DNA of 64,000 bases from Octopus vulgaris (GCA_951406725.2 OX597824.1:15128001-15192000), one strand, 5' to 3'; positions 26,953 to 43,522 are shown, numbered from the stretch's first letter. Numbers and translations are program-made. Notes: generated by a model from the letters alone, not told the origin.

Positions 26953-27124
26953 CCATCCACAATGTCTGGTACACGTTCGTGGTACAATGTAATATTTTAC
27001 AAGAACTTTTGCAGGTACCAATGTATTACCATTTTATTTCTTGAAAATTTCAGTTAACATAGCTTAATTCTTGTTCAACATCATAACCAAAGTAAATAGA
27101 TGACTCATCTACGTACTTTGATCT

Positions 27125-27195
27125 TAACATGGGCCCCTCAACTTGCGGAGGCCCCTTGCGACCGCAGGGGTTTCAGGGGCTTAGCGACGGCCCTG
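27125..27195. mobile_element. hAT-like transposon terminus
   Basis: Subterminal ggcccc repeats ending ...gcgacggccctg (TIR cagggccg). Confidence 0.5.
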
Positions 27196-28383
27196 ATTGT
27201 ACAAATGCAGCATCGATGCTTCAAAGAGTGCGTTGCATTTTCTTCTGACGTTGTCATCATGAATATCCACACTGCGAAAGCTACACCGGAAAGAGAAAGC
27301 AGCCTTTAAATTAAGATTCAATGGGCATGTACATACTTTCACAAATTTCATCAGATGCCCAGACACAGGGCTATCAAAATATATCTGGTCATTAAAAAAC
27401 CAACAAAACATACACCACAGATTTAAATGCATAGATTTTCGGTGGCGCGAAATAATATTCTAAAAACGGTGAAAACATTTTGTGCACTTCAAAATAAATC
27501 GCAATTTTCTTTCAGAATAAGAATATTCTAAATTCAAGATCAAAATTAAATAACCCTCCACGAACATAGTCTCAGTTTCTTGCCTAATATCAACACAACG
27601 TTACCTCATGGGCATCTTCCACCTTAATTTATTACACCCAATAACACTACTCCCATTCATGCAATAAATAATAAACACAAGCTAAAGAGGTCTAAGTGTG
27701 AATTTTAAGTGCAATGTTAGTTTTCTAATTGCACCTGTCACCATAGCGGGCAGTCGTGTTATATGGCATATCTAAAGCGTGAACTTGCGAATGTCATACT
27801 TCTCAACAGTCGATTTATTCCGGAAGAAAAGAATAGACAACGGCGGCATTTAACCTCAGAGTGCGGTGCAATTTACTGCGACTCAATTTATCCAATGACT
27901 TAACATTTCTGCCAACTGACTGAGAATCGATTCAACTATCAAATGGTCGATTATTCAAATGGAACACGCTGCATGAAGTGCAATAATGTGGAATCATTAA
28001 TTCACTACCGGAGTGGTAGTAAATACTTTTTTTTTACAAAGTGACAATTGGATCGTACTATTTTGATGACAAAATATCAAGACAAATACGGTTGTTGTAT
28101 TTCGTGTAACATTGGAATGATCGTATGGAAGGAATTGTCGTGATAAATATAAATGAGACATACACACAGATATGCATGAATATACGCATACATATTTGTA
28201 TACTCACATACGTTTTACACTCTCATATTCATAAATACACACACACACACACCCATGCACACGCACACACGCACTCACACACATGTTTAATGATCATGTT
28301 TAGTCTCATGATAGACCGAGTGCAAACATCATGAATGCATCAGCACCTAGAAGATAATGTGTGCGGGTGTGGTGTTTAAACAT

Positions 28384-28418
<35 letters not shown>

Positions 28419-28424
28419 TATATA

Positions 28425-28816
28425 GGCGCAGGAGTGGCTGTGTGGTATGTAGCTTGTTTACCAACCACATGGTGCCGGGTTCAGTCCCACTGCGTGGCAC
28501 CTTGGGCAAGTGTCTTTTACTATAGCCTCGGGCCAACCAAAGCCTTGTGAGTGGATTTGGTAGACGGAAACTGAAAGAAGCCCGTCGTATATATGTATGT
28601 GTGTGTGTTTGTGTGTCTGCATTTGTCCCCCTAGCATTGCTTGACAACCGATGCTGGTGTGTTTATGTCCCCGTTACTTAGCGGTTCGGAGAAGGAGCCC
28701 GATAGAATAAGTACTGGGCTTACAAAAGAATAAGTTCCGGGGTCGAGTTGCTCGATTAAAGGCGGTGCTCCAGCATGGCCGCAGTCAAATGACTGAAACA
28801 AGTAAAAGAGTAAAAG
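28425..28816 (+). mobile_element. SINE family A, full length, young subfamily
   Basis: Complete head to tail; diagnostic cctagcattgc and tactgggctt. Confidence 0.93.
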
Positions 28817-28817
28817 C

Positions 28818-28866
<49 letters not shown>

Positions 28867-28966
28867 GTTGCCCGTTTTCAGTTTCAATTCTCCTGCAGCA
28901 AGCGGATTATAAGTGGATAAATCAGTGTATTGGCTTTAGAATAACCCTCTTTAGCCCTTAATTATA

Positions 28967-29017
<51 letters not shown>

Positions 29018-29135
29018 CATACATACATATATGTATATATATGTATATATAAAAGCATATATATATATGTATATATATATACATATACATATACACACAC
29101 ACATATATATACATATATCTATATATCGATCTATC

Positions 29136-29194
<59 letters not shown>

Positions 29195-29202
29195 TATATA
29201 TA

Positions 29203-29343
29203 GGCACAGACGTGGCTGTGTGGTAAGAAAGTTGATCTCCAGCCACATGGTTCCGGGTTCAGTTCCAGTTCGTGGCACCTTGGGCAAGTGTCATCTACAA
29301 TAGCCTCGGGCCGACCAAAGCCTTTTGAGAGGATTTGGTAGAC

Positions 29344-29346
<3 letters not shown>
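29203..29346 (+). mobile_element. SINE family A, 5' half
   Basis: gtggctgtgtggtaag...accttgggcaagtg...ggatttggtagacg. Confidence 0.85.
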
Positions 29347-29372
<26 letters not shown>

Positions 29373-29374
<2 letters not shown>

Positions 29375-30281
29375 CGAGGGGCGTTCAATAAGTAATGCCC
29401 CTGACCCACTTCCCATAGCAGTAGAGCAACGAAACTTGGCACAGTTATTAGTCTTTTCCTACATAGGAACCACCCAGAGTTACGCATTTCTCCCATGGTT
29501 TGATGCAGCTCTGGAGACCATTTTTGTAGAAGACCCTGCTTGGTCCTCCAACCACGACGTGACTTCAGAAATCAAAGCTGCATCATCTGGGAAACGCTTT
29601 CCTTTCAAAAACAACTTCATGGCTGGGAAGAGGTGAAAATCAGAGGGTGCAAGGTCAGGAGAGTAGGGGGGATGGGGAGGAGTTCATAGCCGCACGCCTG
29701 TGCTTCTGATCTGGCGACACGCGAGTTGTGGACCGGAGCGTTGTCCTGCAGGAGGAGGATGCCTTTGCTGATCTTGCCCCGCCTCTTGATTTTGATAGCT
29801 TCTCTTAATTTCCTCAAAAGTGAAGCATAATAGGCCCCTGTAATTGTGGTACCCTTTGCCAGGAAATCTGTCATCAGCTACTCCGTTCTGGTCCCAGAAG
29901 ACTGTGAGCATGACCTTGCCAGCGGAGGGCTGCACCCTTGCCTTCTTTGGGAGGAGGTGAGTCACGGTGGCTTCCACTGAATTGACTGGGCTTTGGTCTC
30001 TGGATCATAGTGATGGACCCATGTTTCATCCCGTGTAATCAGCCTTTTGAAAAATTTTGACTCGTCTTCTTGGCACATCTCCAAATTCATCCTCGAGCAC
30101 TCGACGCGTTCTTGCTTCTGGAAAGGTTTGAGCAACCTGAGAATCTATCTGTGCAGACACGTTCTGCATATGCAAATGGTCATGAATGATAGGTTCCACA
30201 GACCCGGTACTAATCTTGACCTCATGGGCTATTTGGCGAATAGTTATGTATCGATCTTCCAAAATGGCAGACCTCAACTTA
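29373..30281 (-). mobile_element. Decayed mariner transposon, irritans-like (Himar1/Hsmar2 type), 5' truncated
   Basis: Motifs ITRDETWVHHYDPETKAQS, PSAGKVMLTVFWD, GILLLQDNAPVH, HPPYSPDLAPSDFHLF across frameshifts; TIR TA-cgaggggcgttcaataag. Confidence 0.92.
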
Positions 30282-33086
<2,805 letters not shown>

Positions 33087-33213
33087 CTAAGTAAGGAATA
33101 ATATGCGAGTGTACGTGTGTATATATGTTAATACGTATATGTATATATATATATATATATATACGTATTAACATATATATACACACACACACATACACAT
33201 ATCTGTACATAAC

Positions 33214-33275
<62 letters not shown>

Positions 33276-33286
33276 CATATATATTC

Positions 33287-33338
<52 letters not shown>

Positions 33339-33501
33339 GTTATGTATCTATATATATATACATACATACATACATACACGCACACACACACATATATATA
33401 TATATAACTCGCTATGCAAGTACATCTCCGTATATATATATATATATATACATATACAGGTTTGTGTACATATATGTGTATGTGTGTGTGTATGTATATA
33501 T

Positions 33502-33534
<33 letters not shown>

Positions 33535-33614
33535 TATACACACACGCATATACATATATATATATACATATACAGAGTTATGTACAGATATGTGTATGTG
33601 TGTGTGTGTATATG

Positions 33615-33660
<46 letters not shown>

Positions 33661-33802
33661 TCTGTCACACATACGTACATTCACCTTCATAAACCCACAT
33701 TTCATAGTATGTAGTTGTATCCTTTCATTGATAAACATACAAATATAAGCAAAACATGCACACACACACACACACACACACTCTCTTTCTCTCTCTCCCC
33801 CC

Positions 33803-33838
<36 letters not shown>

Positions 33839-34322
33839 AACAGATCAAAATGATACAGACTTATCATCATTGAATATTTATTTCGAAATTTCCCGTGAAA
33901 TTGTAACCGGCAACAATGAGAGTTTTTTTCTTCTTCTGTTGGACACCAGAGCAATGTAAGTTGACGAATGCAAAAAATGAATGTCGCTTTATTTGTCATC
34001 CAAAAAAATGCCGACAGAGAGATAACTACAACTCGTGTGTTCGTCCACGTGAACCTAAAAATGAAATATCCAAGGCCGTCATGATAGCAAGAAGAGTCAC
34101 GTAATTTGAACTGACCAATGGAGGTCTAAATATTTTAATGCCGTTTAAAATTTCTTTTAAATTCTCTTCGCTTTTCCACCAAATATCTGTTCAGGTGATC
34201 GTGTCCTACGCCCATGAGATTTTTAGCAATGTGGAGCTATGTTTAACACACACACGCACGCACACACACATATGACATATGTATTTTTGCCTTTCGGCAA
34301 AATTGCTATCAAGCCACCTTTA

Positions 34323-34621
34323 TCTCTCTATATATAAACGGCAGTTTGTCTGTGTGTGTTTCTGTGTGTCTGTTAGGTTGTACCCTCACCCTGACCACGG
34401 CTTTCAACCGATTCTGATGAAATTTGACACACACATAGCCCAATGTCATAATTCAAAACTAACGCAGCGAAAATTTTGAAAAGTTCCCCCAGTTCTGAAA
34501 AAAATCGATAAATTCGACATGGGGTCGAGAATCAGAAACACAAAGTTTGGCTATAACTCTCTAAAAATGCTTTATAGTTATTTCCCTTACAAACCCGAGC
34601 AACGCCGGGCGATACTGCTAG
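34323..34621 (+). mobile_element. Non-autonomous Helitron
   Basis: A|TC start (tctctctatatataaa), subterminal hairpin cccgagcaacgccggg, CTAG|T end, no TSD. Confidence 0.85.
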
Positions 34622-34642
34622 TATATATATAAATGATATCGT

Positions 34643-34942
34643 CGCCCTTTTCAAGCTTAGCCAGGTTCATGGGCCCGGTTTCCCGGTTTCTATGACGCAT
34701 ATGTTCCCCCCAGCTGGACGGGACGCCAGTCCATCACAGCGTTACTCAAGAAACAGGAAGAAAGAGTGAGAGAAAGTTGTGGCGAAAGAGTACAACAGGG
34801 GTCGCCACCAACACCTGCCTGAGCCTCGTGTAGCTTTAGGTGTTTTCGCTCAATAAACACTCACAACGCCCAGTCTGGGAATCGAAACCGCGATCTTCTG
34901 ACCGCCCGTCCGCTGCCCTAACCACTGGGTCATTGCGCCTCC
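34643..34942 (-). mobile_element. SINE: B2 head plus tail 1
   Basis: Head ggaggcgcaatgacccagtggttaggg...ggtttcgattccc...gtgtttattgagcgaaaacacctaaagct; tail shared with the 15934 copy. Confidence 0.85.
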
Positions 34943-35093
34943 ACACGCAGAAGTGTAGTGATACGTATATGTGTGTGTATGTGATATTGTGTGTGTGTAT
35001 ATGTTTATCCTGCTATGCAGTAATTTACACATATTTCCTTTACATCGCTTATCAAACCTTCATTCTTCCCGTTTATTCTTTCATTGTAGAGAT

Positions 35094-35420
35094 CAGTGCT
35101 CCGCAACCTTTTTCCATTAGCGGCACACTTATATTCTTTTTCAAATTCGGCGGCACGCCTGAATGAAATATATAAACAAACGTATTACTCTCTTTTACAC
35201 TTTTCCTTATTTCAGTCATTTGACTGTGGCCATGCTGGAGCACCACCTTTAGTCGAGCAAATCGACCTCAGGACTTATTCTCTGTAAGCCTAGTACTAAT
35301 TCTATCGGTGTCTTTTGCCGAACCGCTAAGTTACGGGGTCGTAAATACACCAGCATCGGTTGTCAAGCGATGTTGGGGGGCAAACTCAGACACACAAACG
35401 TATACACACATACATACATA

Positions 35421-35478
<58 letters not shown>

Positions 35479-35741
35479 CGACGGGCTTCTTTCAGTTTCC
35501 GTCTACCAAATCCACTCACAAGGCGTTGGTCGGCCCTAGGCTATAGTAGAAGACATTTGCCCAAGGTTCCACGCAGTGAGAGTGAACCCGGAACCATGTG
35601 GTTCGTAAGCAAGCTACTTACCACACAGCCACTCCTACGCCTATAGAGGAAAGAATTACATATTCAGGTTACATTGCGGCACACCTCGCATCGTCTCGTG
35701 GCACACCAATGTGTCCACTGCATAACGGTTACAGAGCACTG
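35094..35741. mobile_element. hAT/Charlie-type MITE with a nested SINE
   Basis: TIRs cagtgctccgcaacc / ggttacagagcactg; 8-bp flanks gtagagat / gtacagac; subterminal gcggcacac repeats. Confidence 0.75.
35186..35641 (-). mobile_element. SINE family A, full length
   Basis: Collinear with other copies. Confidence 0.92.
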
Positions 35742-35947
35742 GTACAGACTACACTAAGGCGTAGTCAGAAACCATGCACGGTCCATATGAATACTTGTTG
35801 AAAAATTGCCTTGCTAAGGCTAAACATGATGTACCGAGTGAAGTACTTACGTGTCTTTTATGCCGTGTACATGCCCTTCTCTACCCTACCTTGTTTATTC
35901 CATGTTAAAGCACTTTGAGTTAGTTTTTTGTCGAATTTTTGTCTTGA

Positions 35948-36035
35948 AGTACGAGATGAAATTACGTAGTACGAGATGAAATTCCGCAGAACGAGATGAA
36001 ATTCCGCAGTACGAGATCAAATTCCGCAGTACGAG
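35948..36035. repeat. 20-bp tandem repeat (agtacgagatgaaattccgc) x about 4.4
   Basis: Direct reading. Confidence 0.9.
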
Positions 36036-36195
36036 CACACAAGTCGTCCCATCTTTAAGGTCATTCAGTTATTAAAACCAGTTTACGTATTTCTTTTGCA
36101 TTCCCTTTTTTATAACGATCAGTTTACGTATAACTACATCTTTCCTACGTTATTTACATTTGACGGATATCTAATTCGCTTGAATATATAATTAC

Positions 36196-36643
36196 CTATT
36201 TCTTTCACCGTAACGCAGACGAAATACCTATTTCTTTATTACCCACAAGGGGCTAAACACAGAGGGGACAAACAAGGACAGACATAGGTATTAAGTCGAC
36301 TACATCGACCCCAGTGCGTAACTGGTACTTAATTTATCGACCCCGAAAGGATGAAAGGCAAAGTCGACCTCTGCGGAATTTGAACTCACAACGTAACGCA
36401 GACGAAATACCTATTTCTTTACTACCCACAAGGGGCTAGACACAGAGAGGACAAACAAGGACAAACATAGGTATTAAGCCGACTACATCGACCCCAGCGC
36501 GTAACTGGTACTTAATTTATAGACCCCGAAAGGATGAAAGGCAAAGTCGACCTCGGCGGAATTTGAACTCACAGCGTAACGCAGACGAAATACCCCGAAG
36601 CATTTCGCCCGGCGTGCTAACGTTTCTGCCAGCTCGCCGCCTA
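36196..36643 (-). mobile_element. SINE family C multimer (head, 2 units, start of a third) with a 13-bp TSD
   Basis: aatatataattac at 36183-36195 and 36644-36656. Confidence 0.88.
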
Positions 36644-36879
36644 AATATATAATTACAGTTTTTCTTTGTTGCTAAATGCTTCCGTTCCCGGTAGTTTTAT
36701 ATTTATTCCCACGTAATTGATAGACGTAAACTGCTCGCCTTAGAGGTGTTCTACCTATTTTCTAAACTCCCTGGTGAGGGATACAGTTCTGGAGTAAACA
36801 GAACATTCCATAGAGTAAGATTTCGTATGAGGTAAGAATGGTTAGACTCACTTTTATCGTGTAACAAAGTGACTCTATA

Positions 36880-37060
36880 AATAATAAAATAATAATAATA
36901 ATAATTGTGTACAGTGCTCAGGTGCACTACAACTCATCTAAAGCGTATATATAATCAGGTGTAGTTTCGACGGATTTCGGGAAGCATGAGGGCCTTAAAG
37001 GATGCAGTGTCATGGCAGTCAACAACTGATGCAGGCAGTTTATTCCACGCTTCAGCAACC
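36880..37060 (-). mobile_element. CR1-type LINE 3' fragment with an (ATT)n tail
   Basis: Minus strand translates VAEAWNKLPASVVDCHDTASFKALMLPEIRRNYT*. Confidence 0.75.
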
Positions 37061-37204
37061 CTTCATCGGTTGATCCCTTCATATTTATTTCTTTATTGCC
37101 CACAGGGGGCTAAATGATCCCTTCATTATTATAAACTTAATATTGTCGCCTCAATTAGTTCATACTACGAACACTAATTGAGCAATGTTGGTGAAAATTA
37201 CCTC

Positions 37205-37929
37205 CTTGGTTTAGTAATTAGGAACATTATCGGAGGACTGTGAGTTCGATTCTCGGCGGCACGTTGTGTCCTTGAGCACGCAGGAGTGGCTGTGTGGTAA
37301 GTAGCTTGCTAACCAACCACATGGTTCCGGGTTCAGTCCCACTGCGTGGCACCTGGGGCAAGTGTCTTCTGCTATAGCCCCGGGCCGACCAATGCCTTGT
37401 GAGTGGATTTGGTTGACGGAAACTGAAAGAAGCCCGTCGTATATATGTATATATATATATGTGTGTGAGTGTATGTTTGTGTGTCTGTGTTTGTCCCCCT
37501 AGCATTGCTTGACAACCGATGCTGGTGTGTTTACGTCCCCGTTACTTAGCGGTTCGGCAAAAGAGACCGATGGAATAAGTACTGGGCTTACAAAAGAATA
37601 TGTCCCGGGGTCGAGTTGCTCGATTAAAGGCGGTGCTCAAGCATGGCTGCAGTCAAATGACTGAAACAAGTAAAAGAGTAAAAGAGAGAGAGAGAGTATA
37701 CTTTATTCCACGTTGCTCCAGTCCACTCAGCTGGCAAAAATGTGTTGTACCTGTATTTCAAAGGGTCGGCCTTGTCACATTGTGTGTCACACTGAATCTC
37801 CCTGAGAACTACGTTAAGGATACACGTGTCTGTGGAGCGCACTGCTACTTGCACGTTAATTGCACAAACAGGCTGTTCCGGTGATCGGATGAAGTGGAAC
37901 CCTCGTTGTCGTAACCGACGGAGTGCCAG
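37205..37929 (+). mobile_element. SINE: family B head plus tail 2, interrupted by family A
   Basis: gttgtgtccttgagca ends at 37278 and resumes ctttattccacgttgctccagtcc at about 37701; tail matches 61421-61740. Confidence 0.8.
37279..37696 (+). mobile_element. SINE family A, young, nested
   Basis: Complete body with young diagnostics. Confidence 0.92.
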
Positions 37930-37957
37930 TTAAGACGTGAATTGTTTTCTATCTATC

Positions 37958-38005
<48 letters not shown>

Positions 38006-38149
38006 AATCCATGCATGTATGTGTGTATATGTCTGTGTATGTCTTTGTATATCTGTATGCTTGTATGTATGTATGTATGTATCTGTCAATCTAGCTATCC
38101 ATGTATGTACGTATCTACGTATGTGTGTGTATGCATGTCTGTATGTCTC

Positions 38150-38182
<33 letters not shown>

Positions 38183-38484
38183 ATTTATGTATGTATCTAT
38201 CTATCTATCTGTCTATCTGCCCTTATCTGCTTGTGTATCTATCTGTACGTGTGTATGTGTGTTGCGCACGCGCTCGTGTGTGTCTGCATAATATGTATGT
38301 CTGTATGTACAGAATACACTAACTGTCCAACTTTAGTACATCTGGGATTAGCGAAAGGGAAATAATGAAAAGAGAGATTAACGGGATATAGCTGCAGGAG
38401 ATAAAGAGTTTTCCAAGAATTTATTGGGTAAAAAAAGGAAAGAAAAAAAGTCAATAACAAATGTAGATTGTTGTGTAATGTTTG

Positions 38485-38535
<51 letters not shown>

Positions 38536-38619
38536 AAATACCTACACATGTATTTGTACATATACATACACACACACACACATATATGTATATATATATG
38601 TAAATATACATATACATAT

Positions 38620-38674
<55 letters not shown>

Positions 38675-38738
38675 TATATGTATATATACATATAAATATG
38701 TGTGTGTGTATACGTATATCTATGTATGTATGTATCCC

Positions 38739-38789
<51 letters not shown>

Positions 38790-38925
38790 GTATGTATGTA
38801 TATATATATATATACATATATATGTATATATATGCATAATATATATATACATATATATGCATATATATTCGTATACACACACGCACATATACTCATTTAT
38901 ATCCATCCATTCATATGTAAATTAT

Positions 38926-38975
<50 letters not shown>

Positions 38976-39045
38976 ATACCTATATATATGCATGTATATA
39001 TATACATATGTATATACATATGTATATATATATATATATATATAC

Positions 39046-39089
<44 letters not shown>

Positions 39090-39529
39090 TTGTTTGTATG
39101 TATGTATGTATGTATGTATGTATGTATGTATGTATGTATATATGTGTGCATATATATGAATAATCTACAGAGAAGCAGCACAATAGAAATAAGACGTATT
39201 CACAAAAGTAAATTGTCATACCTCTACGGTTTAACAATATTTTCCGCCAATCATGCAACTTTAAAAACGAATCGGCACTTTAATAATTCCAATGGTAAAC
39301 TACATCTGTCACTCCTTTTAACAACACTACTACACGATACCGTCGGTGTCTTGTGTAAAAGCGATTCTGTTGCCAGCATTGGGGTTCGATATTTTTTTCG
39401 GAAAAACCTTCCTCACTCCTTCCGAAGCCTTCTCAAAGACCATGAATAACTCTATTCTTTCTAGATTAAAAAACTTTTACCGTGTGAAACTGATCTCTAT
39501 CTACCCATCCCCGTATGTATGTAATCATA

Positions 39530-39715
39530 TCAAAGGGCAATGGAATTTAATTAAAATTGAAAACATTCAATCAAAAATTACATTTCCAGTGGTCTAACGT
39601 GTAAAAAATTTAGTCAAAAAAGACTATATACTAGTCATACGATATAGTGTATATTTAAACACATAAGGAATCCACTTTTGGGATTCTACACGCTAGAAAG
39701 AACAGCTAGGTTGTA
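39530..39715 (-). mobile_element. Diverged relative of the 56142-56430 fold-back element (single arm)
   Basis: aaaaatttagtcaaaaagactatata...atttaaacacat...cgctagaaagaacagc is shared with 56142-56390. Confidence 0.6.
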
Positions 39716-40407
39716 TGTACATACATCCATGTATGTACGTAATGTCTACCTCAAAGTTTCAGATCTTATGCCTATAGTAGAAAGGATTATGGGAGAGTGA
39801 GTCCATTTGTTTACGCTGTTTTGAAATACTGACGAGGTCACGCTTGCATAGTAGCAAGGGGGTCGATAAAATAAAGTACCAGTCAAGTACTGAGATCGAT
39901 GGTATCCATTAAACCCTTCTCAAAAACTACTGACTATGTGTCTAAATCAAAACTATTACATGAAACTGATTTGTCTCAGTTTATATTTTTCGTATACTCA
40001 TTTTCACTCAAAGCTTAGGTCGATGTGCAGTTGTGGTAGGAGATACCCAAGATCGAACCTAGAATAACGAGACTGTTGTGAACCTTTCAACCACACATCC
40101 AGTCGTACGTTCTAACCCCAGATGAAAACTAAACAAATCCGCATTTATATATATTTACTTATAAAATATTTATCGGAAGATCTAAACCCTTGTAGCAGTG
40201 TTCACACTATAAAACAACGAATTAAAGAATAAATATTTAATTATTGATCCGAAAGAATTAAAATTTAGATATTAAGTTTAGGGATGGTGGTGAAATTAAT
40301 TCAAGTTAATTACTGCAAGTTAATTTCATTATTAATTTTGCCTTTGCGTTTTTGTCTTCTATATTTTTACAAAAATGAATTACAACTCTAACATACACCA
40401 CAAATCC

Positions 40408-40626
40408 CTTTATTCTTTTACTTGTTTTACTCATTTGACTACGGCCATTCTGGAGCACCACCGTTAGTCGAGCAGATCGACCCTAGAACTTATTCTTTGT
40501 AAGCCTAGTACTTATTCTATCGGTCTCTTTTGCCGAGCCGCTAAGTTACAGGGACGTAAACACACCAGCATCGGTTGTCATGCGATGTTGGGGGAACAAA
40601 CATACACACAAGCATACACACACATA

Positions 40627-40715
<89 letters not shown>

Positions 40716-40900
40716 GTATAGATATATATATGTATATATACGACGGGCTTTCAGTTTTTGTCTACCAAATCCACTCACAAGGCGTTGGTCGGCCCGAGGC
40801 TATAGAAGAGGACACTTGCCCGAGATGCCACGCAGTGGGACTGAACCCAGAATCATGTGGCTGGTAAGCAAGCTACTTACCACACAGCCACTCCTGCGCC
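40408..40900 (-). mobile_element. SINE family A, full length
   Basis: Collinear with other copies. Confidence 0.92.
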
Positions 40901-41235
40901 TTTATATATTTTAATTTCATCTTTTAAAGAATACTGTAATTATAATTTTAGTGGCCCCATTATCATTAATTGTTAATAATTCATGTTAAATATAAGTGTA
41001 GACGTTTCAATATATAAAGAGAAAAATATAAAGAGAAAAAATATGAAGAGGAAAAAAGAGCCATTCAATAAAAGAAAAATGGCAGTTCCAAAAGACTGAG
41101 CTAAATCTTTGCAAATAAAGCTCAATAAAAAGCAAAATGAATCTGATTCTACCAGGCAGCAGGACATACCAGTTTTTTTCTGGAATTAGTGGTTTGGTTC
41201 CAGCATTTAAACCCGAAGTTATTTCAGCCTCTAAC

Positions 41236-41325
41236 TGGCACTCATTCGGTCACGACGACAAGGGCTCCAACCGGCTCGTGAAATTAATGGGCAAGTTCCT
41301 GAGCACTCCACAAACACACGACCTC
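41236..41325 (-). mobile_element. Fragment of SINE tail 2
   Basis: ggcactc...acgacgacaaggg...gctcgtgaaattaa...ctgagcactccacaaacac matches 61425-61525. Confidence 0.6.
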
Positions 41326-41614
41326 AGTCACATGATTATGTGAGCTTATTACGACGAGAGTGTGCCATTGCAATGACCATTTGTAGGATCGAAATTTCTC
41401 TGCGTTTACAAGGGCCAATTGCAACACACGTACAAAAATTGAGATGGGAAGACATTGGATCATAGCAAAGCCATCCAACAAAACCATACCTCAAAAAATG
41501 AAAGGATTAATAATGGAAGCATTAAATCGTAAGTAAGCACGAAGCGAAAAGAAACACATAGACGAATACAGATGGCCTACACACGTCACAAAATAAATAA
41601 ATACTTGACTAATA

Positions 41615-41785
41615 GGCGCAGGAGTGGCTGTGTGGTACGTAGCTTCTTTACCAGCCACATGGTTCCGGGTTCAGTCCCACTGCATGGTACCTTGGGCAAG
41701 TGTCTTCTACTATAGCCTCGGGCCGACCAAAGCCTTGTGAGTGGATTTGGTAGACGGAAACTGAAAGAAGCCCGTCGTATATATG

Positions 41786-41839
<54 letters not shown>

Positions 41840-42071
41840 TATATGTATGTGTGTGTTTGTGTGTCTGTGTTTGTCCCCTTAGCATTGCTTGACAGCCGAT
41901 GCTGGTGTGTTTATGTCCCCGTTACTTAGCGGTTCGGCAAAAGAGACCGATAGAATAAGTATTGGGCTTACAAAAGATTAAGTCCCGGTGTCGAGTTGCT
42001 CGACTAAAGGCGGTGCTCCAGCATGGCCGCAGTCAAATGACTGAAACAAGTAAAAGAGTAAGAGTAAAGAG
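41615..42071 (+). mobile_element. SINE family A, full length, young
   Basis: Collinear with other copies. Confidence 0.93.
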
Positions 42072-42329
42072 AATGATATGTATGTAAATGTAACAGTCAG
42101 GTTTCAGTTTACTGGTCCGAAAGCTAAATAAAGTTTAAACAAAGCTCGACGATAAATTCTACAAAAATTACCTTTCCCTACCATAAGGGGAGGCAATTAT
42201 ACACGCCACTAAAAATTTGTATCCTGTCGATGAGGCAGTGAAAGTCTATAAATGTGGATGTGTATGATGGATTTAGGGAGGGTATTGTTCAAAATAAACT
42301 GTAAAAGAATCATGCAAAAATAAGAAATT

Positions 42330-42730
42330 ACTCTCTCTCTTTTACTTGTTTCAGTCTTTTGACTGCGGCCATGCTGGAGCACCGCCTTTAGTCGAGCAAA
42401 TCGACCCCGGGACTTATTCTTTGTAAGCCCAGTACTTCTTCTATCGGTCTCTTTTGCCGAACCGCTAAGTGACGGGGACGTAAACACACCAGCATCGGTT
42501 GTCAAGCAATGCTAGGGGACAAACACAGACACACAAACATACACGCACACACATATATATATACATATATACGACGGGCTTCTTTCAGTTTCCGTCTACC
42601 AAATCCACTCACAAGGCATTGGTCGGCCCGGGGCTATAGCAGAAGACACTTGCCCAAGATGCCACGCAGTGGGACTGAACCCAGAACTATGTGGTTGTTT
42701 AGCAAGCTACTTACCACATAGCCACTCCTG
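42330..42730 (-). mobile_element. SINE family A, near full length, young
   Basis: Collinear with other copies. Confidence 0.92.
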
Positions 42731-43244
42731 TTTTTTTTTCTTTTAATTAATTTTTTTTCTTTCCAGTTTTCCTTGTTATAACTTATGACAATTTGTATAA
42801 AACAAATGGAGAACATGATCTTTTATTTTGAAAAAAGAAAGAAAAAGAGAAAGTAAATAAAAAAAACAAAACAAGGAAAGAGAAGATAGAGAAAAGAAAG
42901 AATAAAAAAATACATAGAATAAAATAAAATAGACTACGCACTACGACACATCCACTCGTCAATCACTCATAAAATCTTAATACAGTTCTACAAGAAGTAA
43001 CACTAGAAGACTACCACGCGTTTACAGACTCATGGTAGAGCGTCCATTTTTCATAAAATTCCTCTTGCTCGCTTTTATTGTACGATCTGTTTTTGTTTCT
43101 TTTCAATTGGATATCTAACAGTCTCTTTTTGGCGAACCGTTAAGTTACGAGGACGTAAATACACCAACGCCGGTTGTCAAGCAGTGATGAGGTGGATAAA
43201 CGTAGACACAAAGGCACATATACATAGATATGTATATATGTATA

Positions 43245-43315
<71 letters not shown>

Positions 43316-43429
43316 GCACATGTGTATATAGGGGTTGATAAATTTGACTATATACTCGAAGCTGGTGCCTTTGCATATATATGTGTTTACGTGTGTATGC
43401 ATTTGTGTATATGTATGTAAATATGTATG

Positions 43430-43488
<59 letters not shown>

Positions 43489-43522
43489 ATGTATATATAT
43501 ATATATCTGTATGTATATGTAT

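Noticed and set aside
28306-28647. Recurring peptides such as [15 protein letters not shown] and [16 protein letters not shown] in many ORFs
   Set aside because: Translations of SINE family A; the recurrence reflects the repeat, not a gene family
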